In this document: in pieces, positions 29,404-39,878 of the stretch
Layout of the letters: every line of letters starts with the position of its first letter
How positions within the stretch are numbered: the stretch's first letter is position 1
Assembly: GCA_964016885.1 (NCBI GenBank)
Contig: OZ024741.1
Coordinates: 195,114,001-195,178,000 of the forward strand
From: Eledone cirrhosa
Taxonomy: Eukaryota
Length of the DNA: 64,000 bases
Reading direction: 5' to 3'
The notes under the pieces: model-generated
Databases searched by the model: none
What the model was told of the DNA's origin: nothing
The model's input: only the letters and a program-made list of their open reading frames with translations
Position numbers and translations under genes: made by a program

Positions 29404-29925
29404 AAGCGGTGGGAGGGACCGTCCTGACGAAGGCCAGTTAAGCCTGAAATGCATAGACGGTTGTCCCCCTTGCTTCTGCTGGACACCACTAGAGGGCGTT
29501 AGCCCCCCCCCCCCCCCCGGTGTTTTCAGAGCTACGGCTTCCTAAAACTGTATTTCTTTGGAGATACAAAATATTTATACATATTGTATAAAGCTATGCT
29601 TGAAGGGAAATCCTATTTCTTTTTTTATTATAAGTTGAGCCAACTTATGCAGCTTCATATGCAAATGAGATTAATCACCTCATTTACACAGACGAGAAAT
29701 GTATATATTCTCAGCTGTCTTTTAGTCCAGCAGTCGCAAGCGGTGGGAGGGACCGTCCTGACGAAGGCCAGTTAAGCCTGAAATGCATAGACGGTTGTCC
29801 CCCTTGCTTCTGCTGAACATCACCAGAGGGCGTTAGCCCCCCGCTGTTTGCATAGCTACGGCTTCCTAAAACTGTATTTATACATATTGTATAAAGCTAT
29901 GCTTGAAGCGAAATCCTATTTCTTT
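29404..29925 (+). mobile_element. Retrozyme-like element: two direct repeats, each with an intact hammerhead, 334-nt period
   Basis: accgtc-CTGACGA-aggc cagttaa gcct-GAAA-tgca-TA^gacggt at 29418-29461 and 29752-29795. No ORF. TA-flanked. Confidence 0.88.
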
Positions 29926-29946
29926 TATATATATATATATATATAT

Positions 29947-30078
29947 ATTCCTGATGATTTCTAAAGAATGAAACAGTTCTAGTCCTGTAGAATCTCATCT
30001 ATATTAACACTTTTATACTCTGCAATGTATTGAGTACCTTACTTATTGTGGTTACCTCCAATTCAACCCGGAATAACG
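29947..30078 (+). mobile_element. Solo pLTR 3' end with intact hammerhead, same family as the 38328-42411 PLE
   Basis: attc-CTGATGA-tttctaaagaat-GAAA-cag ttctagtc ctg-TA^gaat, then sequence matching the reverse complement of 38328-38400. Confidence 0.82.
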
Positions 30079-30123
30079 TATATATATATATATATATATA
30101 TTATATGTGTGTGTTTGGGTGTT

Positions 30124-30191
<68 letters not shown>

Positions 30192-30559
30192 GAGCTAGAG
30201 AGATATTAGTGTGTGTCTGTTATCATACAGTGTATGTGTAACTACTCAGCTGATCTTAGCTTTTTAGGCATGATATAATTACTTGAAGGAAAAATCACGC
30301 ATGTGGAAGTGCAATCGCACTGTCTAAGCCAATGTGAGATTGGAAACTAATGGTAGCCATTAAAACGTTTTGAAGATAACTATGCTATAATATTCTAGTT
30401 CTGACATTTGCATAGAGCGCTCTGTTTCCTTTATCTGTTCGACGGAATCGTTCAACACAAATCATATAGCTCACCGGGGAATGATCGATGCAATGTCTTG
30501 TCTATTGTACCAAGATTGGCATCTTTTATCCTGGCAAAGTTTAACATTCTAAAGATACA

Positions 30560-31720
30560 AGAATATACACTAACACAGCATGATGGATTTATATGAGACC
30601 TATTCCACAAAAATATACCAGAACAAACCAACATCACTTACACCGAAATGCTGATTGTACGTAGTCTGAAATGGAACACACTACTTTGCGACGGAGAGAT
30701 AGCTACCACCGCCACTGACCATTTCAATATCAAGTCAAGTCTATTGCCTCCTAGAGTTAGAGAACTAGCACCATTTGAAGCGGACTTATTACAAATGATT
30801 AAGAATATAAATTCTGTAAGTACTATAACAATTTCCAAGCTAAACTTTTACATGATATCAAATTTAAATTTTCTAAAAATATTTTTGTCTTTTCTGATTA
30901 AACTAAAAAACTCATACGAAGTAGATACACCTAAACATAATCAACTGTTACTTAATAATGTCACTAATAAATATCAGAAAGCCAAACCAACCACCTACAA
31001 TAGTATCAACAATGAAGCTAAAGATATTGCTAAACACTTAAAGATAGATAAAAGAATGGAAAGCTTAGCCAATCGTAGTCCTTATATTACTTTGAAGGAT
31101 CATAAACAAGACTTTAATAATTGTTTCCACTTTTGGCCAATCGTAGTGTTTATATTACTTTGAAGGATCATAAACAAGACTTTAATAATTGTTTCCACTT
31201 TTGGCACAAGGCCATCAATTACCCAGTACATTACTGGTACTTTATTTTATCGACCCCGTAAGGATGAAAGGCAAAGTTAACCTCGGCGGGATTTGAACTC
31301 AGACCGTAAAGGGACGTAACTATGCTGGAAAGCATGGCGTCCGACCCTCTACCGATACTGCCAATCCAGTCCTAGTTGTAGATTGATAAACCCCACTAAA
31401 ACTGAAATAGGATTAGCCAGTCAGAAGATACTAAAAGATATAAATAAATGTACAAATAGTAAAGCTAACCTATTAGAGTGGATTAATATGTCTTCATTAA
31501 TATCTTGACTTAACAATATCCCTGATAAAAATAAAGCTAGGTTCACACAATTTGACATAACGGACTTTGCTCTTTATTACTCATTCACTATTTGATAGAG
31601 CTTTAGACTTTGTTCGCAGCTTCGGCTCCGTCTCCGGCCAGGAAATAGATGTAATTATGCACACCAAAATAATATTACTGTTTATCATCGACTCCACATG
31701 GGTTAAAAAGATCAAACCCA
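30560..31720 (+). pseudogene. Decayed N-terminal/RT part of a PLE ORF (same lineage as 40029-42182), interrupted by a SINE
   Basis: KNIP, ELAPFEADLLQMIKNI, YITLKDHKQDF / PSCRLINPTKTEIG, RFTQFDI. Confidence 0.8.
31186..31368 (-). mobile_element. tRNA-derived SINE
   Basis: Reverse complement of 15500-15684. Confidence 0.87.
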
Positions 31721-32024
31721 GGAGACCAAGCCCCACGTTAAAGGAACGAAAGATGTTCACTTTGCATTAATGAGAAATACAGGATATTACAGGATTTGAA
31801 GTCTTCTACCAAATATCTGAACACAAAAACCGAGGTGTTAAGAAAATGCCCACACATTAACACAGACATGCTTGCAGCAAGGGTTAGTAATATCACGAAC
31901 TTACAACTACCTGAAATAACGACGGCAGGATACGTATAGTTACATACATATACTACGCTTCGCAAAAAAAGAATTTTTGGAATGTTTTACATATTTTTAC
32001 TGTTCTATTAATGGATTGTACTTG

Positions 32025-34090
32025 TAATTTCCTACCTCAAAATACACAAACAAAATAATCCTGGCCGTTCTATCGTTTCTGCGTGCAAATGCCCCACCGA
32101 GATAATTTCTGAATATTTAGACACCATCTTCGCCTCGTTGGTCGGCATTCTCCCTTCCCACATCCACGATGCAAATCATGCCCTTAGACTCTTCAACTCT
32201 TTCTCCTTCCCTCCTGGTCCCTCCCACCTTCTCTTTACCCTGGACATCACCTCACTCTATACCGTCATCCCTCATGATGACGGCCTCTGCGCTCTCCAAC
32301 ATTTTTTAGATTTACGTCCTACCCCTTACCCCAGCACTATCATTCTTCTCCGTCTGACTGAGCTTGTTCTCACCCTCAATGGATTTTCTTTTTCGGGTGA
32401 ATTTTATCAATAGGTCTCTAGGGTAGCGATGGGAACCAAAATGGGTCCAAACTATGCCAACTTGTTTGTTGGCTACGTCGAAGCCCAGATCTTCTCCCAG
32501 TACGCTGGACCGACTCCTGAGCTATACGGTCGTTATATCAACGACTGTATAGGCCACCTCTCTATCACGAGAACAGCTCGACTGTTTTCTTTCTTATGTC
32601 CAATCTTTCCATCCTACTCTCAATTTCACCGCCTCCGTCTCCGATTCTTCTGTCCCTTTTCTAGATATCTCTCTATCTATTAATCACTCTCACCACACCC
32701 TCTCTACTTACATCTTCATTAAACCAACAGACTCCCAATGTTACCTCGACTTCACCTCCTCCCATCCAACCCACACCACACACTCCATACCCTATTCCCA
32801 ATTCCTCCGTCTTCGTCGACTCTGTAGCCAGGACGATGATTTCGAAACCCATTCCCTTCGAATGGCTTCCTGCTTCATCCAGCGTGGATATCCCCCACCT
32901 TGATCCAAGCTGCTCTCACCCGCGCCCGTGAAACAGACCGCACCACAGCCCTCTCACCTCACCCCACCCTTCCAACACCCGTGTTCCTTTCCCTCTCACC
33001 TACCACCCGATCACCCTACCACTCCGGCGACATATCCTCCATTCCTTCCGTATCCCCTCTTCTGACCCCGTCACTTCTCGCTTTTTTCCAAACCCACCTA
33101 TTACTGCTTTTAAGCGCGCCCGCAACCTCCGCGACCTCCTGGCTCGCAGTTCCTTTTCGTCATCTCACCACTCTTACAGATCCTAACGGGTCTTTCCCTA
33201 TCCGCCATTCCTTCACCTGCACATTCCACGTTGTCTATGCCCTCCGCTGTTCCCTTTGCGGTTTTTTATATATCGGACAAACGGGACGCCGTATGGCGGA
33301 CCGTTTTGCCGAACATTTGAGGGATATACGACTCGGTTTGAATACTCCTGTCTCCCGTGATTTCTGTTCTCCTGGTCATTCTTCCCTACATGTTTCAGTC
33401 CTGGGTGTACTTTTACATCATGGATCACAGGCCTCGCGCACCAAGACTGAACAAAGTCTGATTCACCGCCTTGGGTCCTATTCTCCTCTTGGACTCAACT
33501 CACATCCCCAATTTCTCTAATACCCCGTCCATTATCACACCCCTAGATTCCTATCGCTTTCTCTTGATCATTAACAGCTTCTCTTACAATTAATACATGC
33601 CGACTATATATGCTCACTCCACTTTTCCCTTCACTGCTCTGTATACACACATACACACCCTTACATTAACACACTTTTGCTCATAGCTTCGTACTTACAA
33701 GCACACACACTCTTTTACTCACATATATGCACACACCTTTCTTCTTAGCTTCGTACGGACGTATAACACACTCACACATGCTTACGCACGTGCACAAGTA
33801 TATCTCTTTTTACAAAACGTTTTTTTTTTCCATTTCAGGTAGACGTGCTCCATCATCCACTTTTCTAAAAAATAAATCATACACAAAACGCCAGCACCAA
33901 AAGTTTTGCAAGAGATGTCAACATGAATGGACCTGTTATTTTTATCTAAAGACATGTTTTCCAATTCCATCCCACCCGTCTCCTCAATCTATCTTACTTC
34001 TCATTCTTTCTTCTGACGAAGGACTAGCCTCCGAAACGTTAGGATCATCTTCCTGCTATATCAAGCGTTAACCTAATATATCCCTTCCAT
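32025..34090 (+). mobile_element. Neptune-like PLE (RT + GIY-YIG, stops and frameshifts) with 3' pLTR hammerhead
   Basis: LPKIHK..PGR.IVS, LDITSLYTVIPH, AMGTKMGPNYANLFVG, RYIND, VVYALRCSLCGFLYIGQTGRRMADRFAEH. Confidence 0.92.
34009..34044 (+). ncRNA. Minimal PLE-type hammerhead
   Basis: tctt-CTGACGA-a gga ctagcc tcc-GAAA-cg-TT^agga; palindrome AACGTT. Confidence 0.8.
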
Positions 34091-34591
34091 ATACTGTACC
34101 GATTGTGTTGTTATTTCTGTTTTCTTTTAAGTTAAGATATTGTTACGGGCAGTGGTACAGTTTCAAAAATTTAACTGCCGTATTTCCCGGCGCCGAAGAT
34201 CCTTCGTCCTCGAGGAAGCATGGTAGATTTGTGAGACTTATTTTAGGAAAAAGGCAGCGTCTTCGACGCCGGAAATACGGTATATGCTTTTCACAGTCGG
34301 TGTTAATGAGGTGAGTCGAAGGATAAATAACGTAGTTATGGTTAGGGTAGAGAGCATAGGTTGTGTAGGTAGTGAGGATTTGATTCTTAATAGACATGAA
34401 GTTACACACTACATAACTCGTAGTGAGTTTTTGTGATAAGTACATTGTCGTACCATAATAAGTGATATGTGATGACATTAGTTAGAGAGATAGGAAATGT
34501 TTGTGATTATAGCTTTAGTGGTAAAATGACTTATATACTCGTAACGGTTCACTAGTTAAGACACTTTTGCTTGAGGTGAAGGACTTATAGA

Positions 34592-34675
<84 letters not shown>

Positions 34676-34915
34676 TCTATAAGTCCTTCACCCCAAGCAC
34701 AAGAAGAGGAAACCCCTATTTCCTTTTCTTATTAAAAAATAATCCTAATAATTATTCAAATTTGCCTATTCTCTAAACATAACGATCTTTTTCAGTTTTA
34801 ACGTTATCCTCATTAGTATATTCATCTTGTGATTTGAAGTTTTCTTCACTATTCAAATAGAACTCACAACATTAAGTTCTTGTTTGAATATGTCACTATC
34901 TGTAAACCAACTTTT

Positions 34916-34980
34916 TTTATTTTATCTGATGAGGGCGTACCAAAATTCTGGTACCCTTGAAGCATATATAATAAAATAAA
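34916..34980 (+). ncRNA. Hammerhead motif (GAAG variant)
   Basis: tttattttat-CTGATGA-gggcgtacca..tggtaccctt-GAAG-catatata-ataaaataaa. Confidence 0.75.
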
Positions 34981-35035
34981 TATGGTTTTATAAAGATAAC
35001 TTCCATTTATTAATATTATTGATATATATATATAT

Positions 35036-35190
<155 letters not shown>

Positions 35191-36077
35191 CACATATTTG
35201 ACAATGCCAGGACCCGTTGTATTTCAGCGTACTCAATAGATAATGCAGAATATATTCCAGAGTATAAACATAGTTATTCGCTCCAATACAACACACGTAA
35301 ACGGGTGCTTATATTAGTTCCCGGACTCGAGTTTTGGCCACACTTAATGCAGCAGTAGAGTGCACTGCACCCTCTGTCTGCATATATTATGAAACAATTC
35401 ATAATCGGCGCATGTGGATTCATCAGCGGGCATTGCCTAATCCTTAACCAATCGATCGACAGAATTCAACTCCAGTCCATGCCGGCTATGACTGTATGTA
35501 ACGGCCGACACAGTAAAGTGACTATATATATATATATATATATATATTTCGTTTCTGAATTTGTTTAGCAAGATTCTTTATCTGAAATCGTGTGTTGAAA
35601 CCGATATTGTTATACTTTGGGAGGGTCATGTTGCCAATAAGAAACACACGCACCAGTTGCTTTCACTTCAATTTATTATATATTTATAAATTTATAAATT
35701 TACAAATCTACAAACTTATAAATTTCTGGTTGGTTGGTTGGTTCCACAACCAGATAGTTGTTTATATATATAGTCATAGTCCTTTCGTCACACACTCTGT
35801 GACCTCTTCAGTGACTGGGGATTCCTTTCTTCGTTTCTGTGCCTTTTCTTTTTTTATCCTACGCCATTTTGTTTCTGTGTGTGTGTGTTGTGTGCTCAGT
35901 TTGCGCATGTGCCACATCCGGGTGTCTGTGTGTGTTTGTGTTCATTTTTCTATTTGTTTATTTATTTATTGTTGGTTGGTTGTTTGTTCTATGTGTGTGT
36001 GTGTTTTCATTTTGTCCTGTGTGTGTTTTCAATTGTAAGTTGTTTGTTCTATGTGTGTGTGTGTTTTCATTTTGTCC

Positions 36078-36929
36078 TTAATTGTAAGTTGTGATGTTGC
36101 TGTTCCACTCATATTTTCTATTTAATTTTGGTTTTAATTCTTTTATGCTTACTGCCTCTGTAATTTGCCTAAACATTGCGTCTTTTCTGTGTGTGGATTC
36201 TATTTTTATTTCTATGCTCTCTAATCTACCCCTGTGTTCCATCTTAGCATGTTGGTAGAGCACAGATGATTCTTTATTATCTTGGAGGTCTCGCCAGTGT
36301 TCATTTATTCGTTCCCCTATACTACGAGCTGTCTCACCTATGTACACTATATTTTTGTTTCTACATTGTCCCTCAGTACATCTTATGCTATACACTACAT
36401 TTCTAGTTTTACAGTTAATATGGGGGCTTATTTTACAGGTTATACATTTCTTATCTATACATGAGGGTCTTTGGAACGGGTATGTCTTGCTAATAAGTGT
36501 TTTTACGGAGGTACCAGGTCTTTCTACTATCTTAATATTGAGATTATGTTTATTTAGGGCCCTTCTAAATTTGTAGGCTAGTTCGCCTCTAGGGGTTGTA
36601 TTGATGAACATTACACTCTGGTATTTATTGCTATCATACCATGAGTTTATTCTATTGGCCTTGTTCCTAGTTCTTTCTATTCTATTCCAAAATTTGCTCC
36701 TATACAAGGGGCAGGTCCCATTTATGTCATTATTTACCATTTTTTCCCATTTGGTTCTGGCTCCGTTATACACTCTGATTCTATCTCTCTGATTGTAGCC
36801 AGAGAACTGCATACGGTGGATGAAGTGTTGTATGTGTCTCTCTAGTTCTTCGGGGTTGCACATGCGGGACACATTTCTCATCACCCGTACCAAATCCGCA
36901 ATCAGTATGTTGATTTTGGTATGGACCAT
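36078..36929 (-). CDS. Mirror 283-aa PLE GIY-YIG ORF
   Basis: Inverted copy differing at three residues (V/D, A/T, N/K). Confidence 0.7.
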   Translation of the reverse strand: MVHTKINILIADLVRVMRNVSRMCNPEELERHIQHFIHRMQFSGYNQRDRIRVYNGARTKWEKMVNNDINGTCPLYRSKFWNRIERTRNKANRINSWYDSNKYQSVMFINTTPRGELAYKFRRALNKHNLNIKIVERPGTSVKTLISKTYPFQRPSCIDKKCITCKISPHINCKTRNVVYSIRCTEGQCRNKNIVYIGETARSIGERINEHWRDLQDNKESSVLYQHAKMEHRGRLESIEIKIESTHRKDAMFRQITEAVSIKELKPKLNRKYEWNSNITTYN

Positions 36930-37772
36930 ACCAAAATCAACATACTGATTACGGATTTGGTACGGGTGATGAGAAATGTGTCCCGCATGTGCAACCCCGA
37001 AGAACTAGAGAGACACATACAACACTTCATCCACCGTATGCAGTTCTCTGGCTACAATCAGAGAGATAGAATCAGAGTGTATAAAGGAGCCAGAACCAAA
37101 TGGGAAAAAATGGTAAATAATGACATAAATGGGACCTGCCCCTTGTATAGGAGCAAATTTTGGAATAGAATAGAAAGAACTAGGAACAAGGCCAATAGAA
37201 TAAACTCATGGTATGATAGCAATAAATACCAGAGTGTAATGTTCATCAATACAACCCCTAGAGGCGAACTAGCCTACAAATTTAGAAGGGCCCTAAATAA
37301 ACATAATCTCAATATTAAGATAGTAGAAAGACCTGGTACCTCCGTAAAAACACTTATTAGCAAGACATACCCGTTCCAAAGACCCTCATGTATAGATAAG
37401 AAATGTATAACCTGTAAAATAAGCCCCCATATTAACTGTAAAACTAGAAATGTAGTGTATAGCATAAGATGTACTGAGGGACAATGTAGAAACAAAAATA
37501 TAGTGTACATAGGTGAGACAGCTCGTAGTATAGGGGAACGAATAAATGAACACTGGCGAGACCTCCAAGATAATAAAGAATCATCTGTGCTCTACCAACA
37601 TGCTAAGATGGAACACAGGGGTAGATTAGAGAGCATAGAAATAAAAATAGAATCCACACACAGAAAAGACGCAATGTTTAGGCAAATTACAGAGGCAGTA
37701 AGCATAAAAGAATTAAAACCAAAATTAAATAGAAAATATGAGTGGAACAGCAACATCACAACTTACAATTAA
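36921..37772 (+). CDS. 283-aa PLE C-terminal ORF (thumb/linker + GIY-YIG endonuclease, no RT core)
   Basis: Uninterrupted ORF: C-x4-C-x2-C..C, NVVYSIRC, YIGETARSIGERINEH, RQITEAV, LNRK. Confidence 0.7.
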   Translation: MDHTKINILITDLVRVMRNVSRMCNPEELERHIQHFIHRMQFSGYNQRDRIRVYKGARTKWEKMVNNDINGTCPLYRSKFWNRIERTRNKANRINSWYDSNKYQSVMFINTTPRGELAYKFRRALNKHNLNIKIVERPGTSVKTLISKTYPFQRPSCIDKKCITCKISPHINCKTRNVVYSIRCTEGQCRNKNIVYIGETARSIGERINEHWRDLQDNKESSVLYQHAKMEHRGRLESIEIKIESTHRKDAMFRQITEAVSIKELKPKLNRKYEWNSNITTYN

Positions 37773-38869
37773 GGACAAAATGAAAACACACACACACATA
37801 GAACAAACAACTTACAATTGAAAACACACACAGGACAAAATGAAAACACACACACACATAGAACAAACAACCAACCAACAATAAATAAATAAACAAATAG
37901 AAAAATGAACACAAACACACACAGACACCCGGATGTGGCACATGCGCAAACTGAGCACACAACACACACACAGAAACAAAATGGCGTAGGATAAAAAAAG
38001 AAAAGGCACAGAAACGAAGAGAGGAATCCCCAGTCACTGAAGAGGTCACAGAGTGTGTGACGAAAGGACTATGACTATATATATAAACAACTATCTGGTT
38101 GTGGAACCAATCAACCAACCAGAAATTTATAAGTTTGTAGATTTCTAAATTTATAAATTTATAAATATATAATAAATTGAAGTGAAAGCAACTGGTGCGT
38201 GTGTTTCTTATTGGCAACATGACCCTCCCAAAGTATAACAATATCGGTTTCAACACACGATTTCAGATAAAGAATCTTGCTAAACAAATTCAGAAACGAA
38301 ATATATATATATATATATATATATAATTATTCCGGGTTCAATCGGGGGTAACCACAGTAAGTAGGGTACTCAATACATAGAGTATAAATGTTTTAATATA
38401 GAAAAGCTTCTATAGGACTAGAACTGTTTCATTCGTGAGAAATCATAAGGAAGCTGACTGTCCAAGTAAGTAGTGGTATTTATATCTGTTCTTTTCTGGT
38501 AGTAGGAGAGGGTGGGGATTGGGATGGGTGGAGGTCATTGGTTGATGGGTTTAAAGAAAATTGAATTCATTAAAAGCTAATTCTTTAAAGCTATCATTTA
38601 TACTAAGAGTGACAAAGGCAGAAAAAATACGGTAAATAGGTTTAAATTGGAATACCAATCCTTGTTTTTAAGTATCTCTTAAACTAACAAAGCCTGTATG
38701 TCAGGTGTCTACAGGATGGGTAGGGTTCATTGGTTTAAAGAAAAGGGAATTCTTTAAAGCTGAATTTAGGATGACAAAGGCATAAAGAAATCTATAAAGA
38801 GGTTCAAGTTTTGGGGTGCTTCCCCTTATTGTGAAGTTTCTCTTAAGCTATATTCCGGGTGTCGGCAAG

Positions 38870-38935
38870 CATATTCACACACGCAGACACATACTTGCAT
38901 ACACACACACGCACACATACAGACACACACTCACA

Positions 38936-38999
<64 letters not shown>

Positions 39000-39238
39000 T
39001 ATATATATATATATACGTATAAACACAAATACACACATACATACAAATACATACACACATACACACATATATATATTACATATATAGATACACACATATA
39101 TATACAGTATATACATGTATATATATATATATATATATACATACACATATATACATACACATATATATATACATATTCACACACACATAAACTTATACAC
39201 ACATACACACATATACATATATATATATACACATATAC

Positions 39239-39285
<47 letters not shown>

Positions 39286-39358
39286 CACATATATACACAT
39301 ATGTATATACATGCATATACATATATATATGTATACATATATACACACATATATACAC

Positions 39359-39389
<31 letters not shown>

Positions 39390-39400
39390 TATATATATGA

Positions 39401-39431
<31 letters not shown>

Positions 39432-39558
39432 TATACATATACATACACACACACACACGCACACACACATATATATATATATATTTATATATATAGACAC
39501 ATATATACACGCATATATACATATATATATATATATACATGTATATTCATATATACAC

Positions 39559-39589
<31 letters not shown>

Positions 39590-39604
39590 TGTATATTCAT
39601 ATAT

Positions 39605-39685
<81 letters not shown>

Positions 39686-39878
39686 TATTCAAACATACAT
39701 ATACATATACACACAAATATATGTACACATACATACATAGAAACACATATATATATATACATATATTCCCACATAAATACACATATAAATAAACACACGC
39801 GTACACTAATATATACAGACATACACATATACATACATACACTTATATATATACATATACACACACATACATATATAA
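38870..39878. repeat. Compound (CA)/(TA) low-complexity tract inside the PLE 3' region
   Basis: Direct reading. Confidence 0.93.

Larger units (their letters stand above)
35547..38301. mobile_element. 2.75-kb near-perfect palindrome made of two divergent 5'-truncated PLE halves
   Basis: Centre ggtatgg-a-ccatacc at 36925. ~1.38-kb arms with a few substitutions. One HHR per arm. TA arrays on both flanks. Confidence 0.95.
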
